Source: Pelomyxa schiedti (Eukaryota; Protista; Evosea). Taken from it: 64,000 nucleotides of DNA. The DNA is taken from NCBI GenBank assembly GCA_020536535.1, contig JAHLWZ010000830.1:1-64000 (forward strand), in the 5' to 3' direction. The notes beneath the pieces were generated by a model that made no database searches, had not been told where the DNA came from, and saw nothing but the letters and a program-made list of their open reading frames with translations. Position 1 is the stretch's first letter, and each line of letters begins with the position of its first letter. Made by a program: the position numbers and the translations under genes. This document shows positions 53,348 to 64,000 of the stretch, in pieces.

Positions 53348-53726
53348 TTAGAGCCTAATGTGCCTGGACGCCATCCTCATGCTTACGTGGGTGTTTCTGG
53401 AGAACCTCGTCATGGGGGTACGGTGGGCTCTTGCTGCCATTCCGCGTGCCAACCTGGCTTTACCCTTGAGACTCCATCGCCTCTGAGGCATTCGAGCCTG
53501 CCGGGTTGCGAAGCCTTTTGCGGACTGCCTCATAACCCTGGGTCGGATTTGACGGGTCGCATGTCGGTCGAGGCGAGATTCAACCTGTGTGTTGTTAGGC
53601 AAAGTAAATTTACTAGAGCGAGTGAAGAAACAAAAAAAGGAGGTGCGTCGTTTGTTGTCTGGATGGTACCTCGGTAACAAGGAGTAGAACAATAACGACT
53701 AAGAGGAGAATATACAAAGCTTGCAT
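53348..53726 (-). CDS. Secreted Arg-rich cationic peptide precursor, 97 aa, 2 exons
   Basis: Exon 1 (53670-53726) MQALYILLLVVIVLLLVTE, GTACCA..ACACAG intron (53585-53669, phase 0), exon 2 (53348-53584) VES-RLDRHATRQ...SRHIRL*. A-rich leader as in neighbouring genes. Confidence 0.75.
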
Positions 53727-54488
53727 AGTCCAGGTTTCCTTCGCTTGTTGTGGTGTGTTTGCTTGTTTTTTTTTTTTTTTTTTTTTTTTTGTTTTGAACT
53801 TGTTGAGCTTTGTGCCTGTTTTCTGAAGCCATTTATAGGGCAACGCGTTATTGAGAAAGTTCTTTACAAAGAACAAATTTTACCCTCGGGGCAGCAGAAA
53901 ACAGGTCCCAGAAACGACTTCCACCATCACTTATTGGACGTTTCAGTCAAAAAACGGCATAATGAATGAAAAATAAAAACAACCAACAAAAAACAAGTTT
54001 ATCCACTGGGCGCACCCAGTGCATTTCGTTTGATTTTGATGATAGTTTTCGTTTTTTGTTTGTGTGGCTGGTTTTTGACTGAAACGTCCAATAGTTGCAA
54101 TCAACAAGTGCGGAAGTGCACACCACATCAACAACATCAACAGGACTTCCTGTGATCAACTGATCACCCCTTAGAAGAGAATGTCGGTTAACATTGGCAT
54201 TAGAAGAGATCACAAGGAAGTCAGGCCTTCCAAATGGCAGATGGACTCGGGTGTGTGCAATTGTTCTCAACTGCAAAATGGAAAAACTCTAAGAGAAAAC
54301 GTGCTGGCTGGTGCCCTCCAACAACATCCAGGTGTCGGAATCTTATCTCTAAGCAATTGCCCCTCTTGTGCCGGGGTATTTTTGGAGCATAAAAACTGTC
54401 GCTCTTACGCAAGAAACAAAAACAAACCAAGCCGCACAACCGACGTTACGCCTCCCATAGACAAACAACACCAAATAATACCGACAAC

Positions 54489-55956
54489 ATGCAACAACCA
54501 ACACAGCCGCAACCCGGTATGATGGGACAACCAGGACAACCCGGCCAACCAGGGATGATGCCTACGCAGCCCGGTATGATGGGCCAGCCAGGACAACCAG
54601 GAATGATGGGACAACCGGGTATGATGCCGCAACAACCAGGACAACCTGGCCAACCAGGGATGCTGCAGCCAGGGCAACCCGGCATGCAGCCCGGAATGAT
54701 GGGACAGCCCGGGCAACCCGGCATGCAGCCGGGCCAACCAGGCCAGCCGGGTATGCAACCAGGAATGATGGGACAACCAGGGATGCAGCCCGGGCAACCA
54801 GGAATGCAACCAGGACAGCCGGGTATGCAGCCAGGAATGATGGGACAGCCGGGTATGCAACCAGGAATGCAGCCCGGAATGATGGGACAGCCAGGACAAC
54901 CGGGACAGCCGGGAATGCAGCCGGGACAACCAGGGATGCAGCCCGGAATGATGGGGCAGCCAGGACAACCGGGAATGCAGCCAGGGATGCAGCCGGGTCA
55001 AATGCAACCAGGAGCTCAACCAGGTCAACCCCAACCGGGCCAAATGCAGCCAGGAGCTCAACCAGGCCAACCAGGAATGCAACCAGGTCAGTCGGGAATG
55101 ATGCAGCCCGGCCAAATGCAGCCCGGCCAAATGCAGCCCGGCCAAATGCAGCCCGGCCAAATGCAGCCCGGCCAAATGCAGCCCGGCCAAATGCAGCCTG
55201 GAATGCAACCCGGCCAAGTGCAACCAGGGATGCAACAGCCAGGACAGAAGCCACCAACACCAGGGCAGCCTCAACCGGGAATGCAACAGCCAGGAATGCA
55301 ACCCCAGCCTGGAATGCAGCAACCCGGAATGGGTGGTTCTGGTGTAGCTCTTCAGCTAGGAATGTCTCCACAGCCGGGAATGCAACCTGGAATGCAGCCA
55401 TCTATGGGAGGCTCTGGAGTACCTCTTCAAACTGGATCTCAGCCGGGTATGGGAATGCAGCCAGGAATGGGGATGCAACCGGGCATGGGAATGCAGCCCG
55501 GTATGGGCATGCAGCCGGGAATGGGAATGCAGCCTGGTATGGGAATGCAACCCGGGATGGGGATGCAACCAGGTATGGGAATGCAACCAGGAATGGGAAT
55601 GCAGCCTGGAATGAGCATGGGGATGCAGCCTGGTATGGGAATGCAACCTGGTATGGGCATGCAACCAGGAATGGGAATGCAGCCTGGTATGGGGATGCAG
55701 CCGGGAATGGGAATGCAACCAGGAATGAGCATGGGGATGCAGCCGGGAATGGGAATGCAGCCTGGTATGGGAATGGGAATGGGCATGGGCATGCAGCCAG
55801 GAATGGGAATGCAACCCGGAATGGGAATGCCAGGCATGGGAATGCAACCAGGGATGGGAATGCCAGGAATGGGAATGGGATACCCGCAAGGAGGACCGTA
55901 TGTTCCTTTACTTTTCATGTTCAAACACTAACGTTGCCCCTCACAGATACTGGTGA
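54489..55956 (+). CDS. Gln/Pro/Gly/Met repeat protein (about 470 aa), essentially all low complexity
   Basis: QPGM(M)G, MQPGQ and GMQPGM repeats with varied synonymous codons. A probable 49-nt intron (55898-55946) gives the C-terminus YPQGGPYW*. Confidence 0.85.
55101..55190 (+). repeat. Perfect 15-bp tandem repeat (ATGCAGCCCGGCCAA) x6
   Basis: Read directly; encodes (MQPGQ)6. Confidence 0.95.
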
Positions 55957-56139
55957 GTTTGAAGAACGTAATTGTAGCCGGGAGTACATGTAACTTTCTT
56001 TTTCTTCTACAAACAAGTACATTTAAAAAAAAATTCAAAAAAAGCCAAAGGGCTTATTTTTTCACTTCTTTTTTTCTGGACAAAGTGCACCAGAAAATGT
56101 TAAGGTTCATCCAACTGATTCAATTGCCCTTCTTGTGGC

Positions 56140-58053
56140 TCAGTGGAATCTGCAAAACCACTTAGTCATCGTCCTACAACAAACAAGTGGTTTGTGGGGA
56201 AAAAATCGATGGGAACGGGTAACCTTTTCTTTATCAGCAGCATGAGAAGTCAAAACTGAAGTAGATTCAGTAACTGACCGCGTGAATTTCTTGAGTGCCT
56301 GCATCCAAATTGCTCTCTGAATGGCTACCCCAATATACCACACTGGTGCAATCAGCCAATAGCGAACCGGTGCACGGCACGGGCAGGTAATTCCGATGCT
56401 GCTCATTTGAACAAATTCCAAGTCCAGGCAGTTGGTAAAGCCGAATTCTGACATGGAAAATGACTGGGGGTATTTTAAGAAAGAAAACGTTGGGAATTGC
56501 AACACACCCTGAAGCATTCAGCAGCGGCCTCCGCCGGAGTTGCCAATGCCGCACTTTCATCAATTACACGGGACTCTGGGGGTTTTGTGTGCATTTCCAT
56601 CTCGTATCCAGGTGTATCCATATTGGATGGGTAAAATATGTGTGTGGAAATTCCATGAGGAGATAGTTCCATGTAGAGTGTCTCGGCAAGTCCGCGCAAT
56701 GCGAACTTTGAGGCACTGTAATGAGCATAACCGGTGGCCCTAGCACTGTTTAAGTAGAAAAATAAATTTAGAACGGTTGTACCCCATGAGGCCCAGGCCA
56801 GAAGAGACCAAAAGTATTTGACCGCTATGCTGAGCAAGCATAGATGGAACACAAGCTGAAACAGCATTAAACGTTCCGAGGAAGTTCAAGTCTAACTCTG
56901 CAGATGCCTGATTGCGGGAAATCCGGCTGAAGTATTCTGGATGTGCCAGGCCTGCACTGCAGACAACGACATCCACTGATCCAAATGATGTTTGAGCCTG
57001 AGTAACTGCGTGTGTAACCTTCATTTGTTAGATTGGATTCTTGGGGGCGATGTAATTACCTGTTCAGGTCGAGTTACATCACATACGAAAAATTGGCATT
57101 GGCCACCTATAGTAACTTGAGTTTCCAACCTCTACGATCTAGACTTACCTTCTCCTTCAATTTCCTTCTGAACTGTGGATAAATGTGATTCACTGCGAGA
57201 AACTATGGTTACTCTTGCGTGCTGACGGGCAAATAATTTTCCCAGTTCTTTTCCAAGTCCGGTACCACCACCAGTAATAAAAACGTGCCTAAAGAAAGTG
57301 AGCAAGTGTGCCAAAGAGATGGAAGGTACTTATTTCCATATGTGCGTCTTTTACAGAATAAACTACGTAGGTCTTCCCAAGGATAGAAAAAGGCTAGTGC
57401 AATAGCGCCATAGAGTGTTGCAACTAGGTACGCCACAACCCAAAGTGGTACAATCAGGTTTGCAATGCACATTGCCTGTGGTACTACAATTAGCATAAAA
57501 GAGACGTACACAATATTGAAAAAGTTGAAGGTGGGAGATTGTCAGTGAAGAAGGAAGTGAGTGTGAATTTTGTAGGAATTAAAAGATGAGCACCCGCGTA
57601 AGATAATACAGTCTCTTCATTAATAGTTTGTATCTATAAATATATATGTGGGTCTATATATTTTCGCGTATGGGATAGGATAGGCTAGAATAGAACAGAA
57701 CATCGTGCCTGAATCACACCAGTGAAAGAATCCCAGGGCCACGCAGTGAGCACCCATAAGCTCAACCCGCCCACCACCAACTGCCAGCAGCACATCGCCG
57801 TCCACCACACCGCGCTGGCCACGAACCCCACGGGGCCGCTGGCCCTCGCCCCAAGCGCCATCCCCACGACGTAGACCCCGGCGCACCCGATCTGCACCAG
57901 CGACGCGGCCCGCACCGCCGCCTCCGCCCCCGGCTCCAGCGAGCCCCCGGCCGCAGCCGCCGACACCAGCGCCGCGATCGGCAGCCCCGCGCCGACGCAC
58001 GCGAACACCGCCACCATGGCCACGCACAGCGTCTTGGTCACGACTCCTCCCAT
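56140..58053 (-). CDS. KDSR: 3-ketodihydrosphingosine reductase-like SDR, with probable N-terminal multi-TM extension
   Basis: ITGGGTGLG, VVVCSAG, LVSSGLG, YSASKFALRGLAETLYMEL, FYPSNMDTPGYEME. The 57720-58053 hydrophobic exon splices in phase 1 to 57483; a minimal model would start at 57472. Confidence 0.8.
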
Positions 58054-58229
58054 GAGTACGGGGTGATGGTTGTAGCACCGGGTTGATTTTTTGGTTTAGT
58101 GTGAGGCCGCAACGGTTGGTTTTTTTTAGGGGTGATGGGTGAATGAGAGCTGGAAGTATGTACGTTTGATGTATTCAGTGCCATCAAATACAAGTTGGGG
58201 GGTTGGTTGGAGAGTGAGGTGGGGGGCAA

Positions 58230-61183
58230 TTAGGAGTTGCTGGTGCTTGTTGTGCTGCCGCCTAGTTCGTTGACCTGGTGAACCCAGCATGATGCCTGCT
58301 TGAGTTTGGTGACCCACTCGGTCTTCTGTGCGGGTGAGGAGCATGCTACACAGAACCCTGTTGGCAAATGTTAGGTGTGAATTTGGGAGGATTCGACGCA
58401 CGTTTGTTGTCTGTTTGAAGCTGAAATGTCAGCTCGGATTGCTCGTTCACACTGCTGTGAATTAAGCTTGCACTATCAACAAATTTATACACGTCGTGTC
58501 CTCCTTAGTCACTTGTTGAGATATATTCAAGGAAGGAAAAGGGGGCTCACCGGTTTTGTTAAATATGAAGCTTTTTTTTGACACGGGGTGTGTTTCCACA
58601 ATTATGTCGTTAAACAGAAAGAGATACCGCGGAATGAGCCCTTTCTCTTTCTTGAGCATTACAGCTCCCTGATTTGGGGGAAACATCAGTCTTTCCAAAA
58701 GCAAAGAAGGAATTAGGTGGCACCTGATGAAGAAAACGGCGTTGTGGTTGCACAAGTGGCTTATCTGGTGCAACGGGATCCTTTCTTTTTTTAAGAAGAA
58801 ATCATATTCAAGTGCACTGAATACCACGAATTTCCCTACTATCAGTTCTTCTATATCTCTGACTTTCAGCATGGCTTCAGCATCTCTCTTCTGCACAAAT
58901 GTTATCCTGGCGCTTTTTCACGGTTACAAAAGTGGAACCTTTTCATTGATGTGTGATGCCACACTTTTCATTTGCTCATAGCTTTCCGTGAGTTGTTGGT
59001 AATCCGACTGAGATTTATCAGCGTACTTGACGAGTTGTTCCAGGAGCATCACATACCTTCAAAAACAGGTGAAACAGAAGTTAATTTTTAACTTGCTACC
59101 TCGGTATGCGCTGTACAGGAAGAATTAAAAACGAAAAGATATCCATCCCCGCCGTTTGTTGTTGTTTCTGCAAATGTTTATGCTTGGAAGAATTAAATTC
59201 AACTACTTGCAGCCAAGAGGCAAATTCTGGATTTTGTGAAAGGAGACCCATAGTGGTGCAGGCTCTTTCATAAGTGGAGACCCAAAGCGTATAAACCTTC
59301 AAGAAGGCGCACTGAAAAAAGGAAGGTAAGAATAAGTGGATTGGACTTGAGACTTACAATCCCCATGAACACTGGACCAAGAGCAGGTGCTGTAGGACAT
59401 TTAGCTACTGCTGAATTCAGTTGAGCCAAGAAAATCGTGTTGTAATTTTTGATAATTTCGATTGTGGAAAATGTTTTGTAACAGTTAAGGGTGTTTCTTG
59501 GAAAAAAGGGGGAGAAAGGAAAGGATATGCTATGTGTCTCTTCAGGGCACATTGATTCTGGGAGAGACTTCATGGGTTTCAAAAAGACATTTAGAAGCAC
59601 TTCCAAATTTTTCAAGTAAATGGTTTCTGTGTGGTACTGTTGGATTTTGAATTTCAAGTCTGGACAAACAGTGCTTCTACCAGTAGAAAGAAGTTCTTCG
59701 AACGCAGCCTCTTGACGAGATTTCCTCTTCCCTTCGTCAACTAATAAGTTAACATCTGGTTCTAGAAGAAGTGTTAGTTTTTTTTTTTTTTGGTGAAAAG
59801 TTATACCCTCAATCAGTGGTTCAGGTTCATCTTCAGCATCTGGTGCACATTTAGGCTCTGACTGGTCAGTTGTACGAGATCTTGAGGGCATCGGTTTTGG
59901 TGTGAAAACGTGTTTTGAAGTTGATTCATGCAATGGAGGTGGAGGTGTTAGTGCCGACCTGGAACTGGATCGGGAAGGTGGCACAGATGCTGTACGGGGC
60001 TTCCTTCTTGGCGCTGAAGCAGGGGGTATTTGTGCAGATAGTTGAGAACTAATTAGGGGGTTTTGTGCTAAAGATTGTGATTTCCTTAGGATACTTCCTA
60101 GTCGAACCTTTTTTTTTTGTTTTTATTAATATCTTTTTGGGTATTTCGGGAAGTTTACATTGAAATTACTGGCAGTCTCGAGAGGAAGTGCTGAAAGCAA
60201 GTCTGTAACAAGTGTCACCAGTTCGCTAACAACAAGATCTCGCTCTTTGTCTTTCGTTTTAAGCGCTTGCATTTGTTGTTTATAGTTCCTTTTTTCCCAG
60301 AGTGAGATTCACTAGAATCAAAGTGAAAGATAGAGGCGTACTCGAAGGCAGGAGAACAATTGCTACAGACCACTGGTGTGTCAGAGGTAGCGGAAGTGGG
60401 CAGGTCAGATGGTTTCAAACCAAGACCACCACCAAATATACTTAAACAAGCATTCAGCGCCATATCAAAACTCAAGTCCAAGGTCTCCAGTTTCTCGTGT
60501 TTTTTTGCCTTTTTATCAGGTTGGCCTGGAGTGGTTGATTCGTGATGTGTCGATTGGGGTGTTGGAGGTTGTTCTATTGCTTTGTCTTGAGCAGCAGTGC
60601 TGTGCACTGGTGGAGCATAGAAATCTTTCAGATCCAGTATTGTAGGTGTTCCTGAAGTAGGATTGATACCAGTGGGTGACAATGCACCGCCAATTTCGCT
60701 GAGTCTTGCTCTACTGTGATGTGACGATCTATATGCCACAGTGTGACATTCCCTCGCGTGTGAAGTTGATTGTGTTTGCGTTTGTGTCTGAGGTGCCTGT
60801 GTTGGTGACTGCGTGTCCGCGGGATTATTGACATTGGTGTGTGTGGTACTGCTACTCCTGTGATGGTGGTGGTGCTGGTGCTCCTTTTTCGGCGTCGACG
60901 TTCGCGTCGGCGTACTTTCCAGGCTCTGCTGGCCCGGAGAGTCCCTGCGAAGCGCCGCGGAAGGTGATGGCGAGGGAGTCTGCGACGGCGACTGCGACGG
61001 AGAGGAAGAGGACGCCCCAGTTGCGGGCGTGGCAAACGAAAGTGGGCTCCACGACTTTCGCCTCCCGCGCTTGACGGCTGTGTCATCGTCCTTCTCGTGT
61101 AGTGTCGAGTTGGCCACAGGAGATCTGCCTGTGGTGTGGGTGGTTGTCGCTGTTGTCGCAGTTCCGCTGCTGTCGTCTCCCAT
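58230..61183 (-). CDS. RhoGEF (DH-PH) with long disordered N-terminus
   Basis: FEELLSTE.IYLKNLEVL, FLKVYTLWV, FLILPVQRIPRYVMLLEQL (DH); RYLFLFNDII...QKTEWVTKL (PH). Start codon uncertain. Confidence 0.88.
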
Positions 61184-61800
61184 GGCTGCGCCCACACGTG
61201 AAACCAACAAAGTTTCAGTTCTTTCCTTTCAGATCGTGGGTTCCCTTCTTTCGTGGAAAAACCTGAAACTGTTTCAGATTCGAGTGCAACACAAACAAAA
61301 CCATCAAAAACGGTTTGGAAAAAAACGTCGATATGCATGACAACACTAAGTTTATGTCTCCATGTGCGCGGTAGGTCTCTTGTTACTCTCATTCTTTCAG
61401 TTCTCTCTAGTGGGCGTCCTCGTTCTTTTGGTTGCAACAGTGGGTGTGTTCTATTCTAAAGTCTCCCTGCCCCACACGGCCATTCATTGAATGAACAAAA
61501 CACTTATTATGTTATGAACACCAAATTGAAATGAACTCCCAAAAAAATCATAAGCACATGTATTTTGTTTTATTTCTGTATTCCAGCCAAGTTAGAGAAC
61601 CCTAAGGGAGAAAAAAAGAAAAAATGAGTTACTGTGTTAAGGTGCATGAAGGAAAAAATTAGGGAATATAAGAGCCCCTTTCAATTCCCTATATCAATAA
61701 TAATAATTTTCAGCTTAATTGAATCGGTATCTACTACTGGTTCTTGTGTGGTGTGATTGATGATGCTAATGGTGTGAATGTGGGTGCAGAGTCCTCAGGG

Positions 61801-62600
61801 TTATCTAGCCCCACTATTGTTTGCTTTTTCTTCTGCTGTACTGGGTGTGGATGTTGCTTTTTGTATTCTTGCCATCTTTGGAGCACCGGCTTCCTCCAGT
61901 GGGTTCGACCTGGACAACTTTTTTTTTTGTGCCAAAGGGGTCAGGGTATCGGAGCCCCTTTTTCGTGCCGGCTGTGTTTGGTGTGAATGAATTAATGAAA
62001 TTAGAGTTGGCGGGAGAAGTGGAAAACTGGGGGAGTATTTTTACAAACCGGCAGGGAGGAGTTCTGTTGCGGCATGGAAGTGATAAGGAATTTCGATTTT
62101 GGCAGAACCGGGGCTGCTCCTGGTGCCTTCGACTGCTCCGGGAGTGGTGGTGCCAGCGATGACAATACTTCATTTGTTGGTAAAGGGTTCGTGGGTAATG
62201 GTGATGAGAGACACCTTGGTGGAGGTTGCGTTTTGAGAGGTGTGAGGAGTGTAGGTACTCGGTGAAGCTTGGTGTTTTCACTTCTTCAGATGGCTCTTGC
62301 TTGGTTGTGCCAACTTTCCTTCCTGGGCCACTTTAGCAGTAGGTTGAAGCATTACACCTTGGATACCCAGCGATATGATGGTTCATCTCAGACCAGATCC
62401 TCAGATTCATGTGTGTCATCTCTGGAGGCCTTTGGAACAACCCAAACGAGGGGATAGATATCAAACCCTTTTTTCTTTTGTTAAAGGTGAAGATTGTAGT
62501 TTTCTTTTAGAGGTCTCGGCCTCTTTTGATGGCGTACGAGAATGAAGCAGTGTCCCTGGTTGAGAGGTTGTCAGAACTTGGGTAGGTTCTCTTTGTTCTG
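61801..62600 (-). pseudogene. Frameshifted Pro/Ser/Lys-rich low-complexity coding relic
   Basis: Protein-like text moves across all three frames between about 62250 and 62420 without GT-AG boundaries; the final exon ends EEKANNSGAR*. Confidence 0.3.
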
Positions 62601-62777
62601 CCTTCTGTATTTAGGTCGTGGCAGGAATGTCCGAAAGGGAAATCCTTTATTAACCCTTAAGCCATTTCACAATATTCACTGCCACAGTGAAATGAGCGAT
62701 TTGGGCTACAGGGTTCTCAAGACACATTTGACCCACAGTTTGATTTCTCTCCACAGCAAAAATAGAAATAAGCTATA

Positions 62778-64000
62778 CTACAAGTCCCTAACTGACTGAG
62801 GGCGGCTCGCCATCAGACTCAGTCTCCTTTATAAACAGGGCCATCATCAGGGCACGGTACAATATTCTCAATCTCAATGAGGTGGGTTTCTTCTGCTCTC
62901 TTATTTTTGCGGCGAACTACAAGCCACATGGTGGCACCAATTCCGCCAAATACAATCACCAGTCCCGCGCAGATAATACACCATAATTCTATGCTGGGTT
63001 TACAGCCCTGAGAGGGAAGAATTGCAGTGTGTTATGGAATTGAGGAAAGTCGATGTTGGTTGGAATACACACAGCACTTCCTTCAGAAGAGGTCACCATG
63101 TTTCCACATACTGAGCAACTAGTACACCCAGATGCACTTGAATAATTGCCTGGAGGGTGAAGCCCGTTGGAATTTGGTTAAAGATGAATGCATACCAGAT
63201 GCACAAGCAGTACAGTCTACAGAACCATTCTTAGGTGAATAGTAACCGGGATTGCAATCAACACAGGAAGGGTACCTTGGGAACATTGTTAAAGGAAATT
63301 TGGGGGAAAGCTGCTGCTTACGTCACATCTGAATAAGTCCCAGGAGGACAAGCCTCACAGTAGAGATATCCTGTTTCTATCTCATTTGAATATATTCCCG
63401 CGTAGCAAGTAAAGCAACCGGCTTGTCCCTTGTATCTATGTCAATCATTTGTTATTTGGCAAATATCGAATGTTGTTGGACTTACATGTCTGATGTTGCT
63501 AGCCAAGGAAACCACATAATTTGAGGTTGAACGAACATTGAGTCCTATTCGCATGCGGAATGGTAACTTTGAAAATGAACTGTGCACTGTGAAAGCAGTT
63601 GCATCTGACAGAGGCCTCCTACAAAAGCTTCTCAATGAAAACATATTGTAAAATCCTTGGTATTTGTGAGAAGTGAGGGGCATTTATTACCGTTTAAGAT
63701 TTTTCACAGCTTCGGAAGTTCAGTGATTCCAAACATGAGCCGCCAAATATAATACGTCCGCTCAGTTTGAAGAATTTGACTTCAATCATCTGGCACTCTT
63801 TTTCATCATAAGTGAGTTCCGATGCCGATCAACTTTACAACCTGTATATCAATTAGCACTTCCGTTATAGATGAGCCTGAACAAAACACATCCTGCCTGC
63901 TGCTCCTTATGTTGGGCAGGCACTTTGCGTAGTCCAAACCGGCCTGGTACCCCCACGTAGTAGCGACACCAGCGGATGTAGCTGAGCGGCACCACACAAG
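62778..64000 (-). CDS. 3' part of a Cys-rich (GCC2/GCC3, TNFR-like) type I membrane protein; upstream exons appear disrupted
   Basis: CFTCYAGIYS...CEACPPGTYS, CVDCNPGYYS, CTACASGNYS repeats and TM LWCIICAGLVIVFGGIGATMWLVV-RRK. Stops in all frames around 63700-63840. Confidence 0.55.

Noticed and set aside
54100-54400. Short Cys-containing ORFs upstream of the QPGM gene
   Set aside because: No splice path into the QPGM ORF found and no family motifs.
54405-55924. Long His/Trp/Leu-rich and Cys/Ile/Pro-rich minus-strand ORFs
   Set aside because: Antisense frames of the QPGM repeat gene; the repeats simply lack stop-forming triplets.

Overview
Eukaryotic, gene-dense window with short spliceosomal introns (mostly about 30-100 nt, often GTTTGT/GTAC donors) and genes frequently arranged head-to-head about 200-400 bp apart. 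The gene content suggests an amoebozoan protist; an archamoeba such as Pelomyxa or Mastigamoeba is my guess, not shown by the sequence. Recognisable genes: HSP20, DHX37/Dhr1 helicase, 5-unit polyubiquitin, alpha/beta hydrolase, RPL36A/eL42, Sar1, OPA-type MFS transporter, PH-domain protein, Cache-domain membrane phosphodiesterase, CLC-family protein, RRM protein, UBL-vWA protein, RIC1, EGF/CUB transmembrane kinase, thermolysin-like M4 peptidase, Q/P/G/M repeat protein, KDSR and a DH-PH RhoGEF. Several disrupted coding relics are also present. The best leads are: a spliced, secreted 75-aa Arg-rich peptide missed by the ORF track; a polyubiquitin whose last unit stops at Leu73 without RGG; a CLC with its gating and selectivity residues replaced; a four-repeat surface receptor with a HIYDEV plus PPxY tail; a candidate structured ncRNA at about 37.75-38.0 kb; and an 85-bp direct repeat within a motif array at 36.2-36.6 kb. 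Exon boundaries were read by eye and need RNA-seq confirmation.
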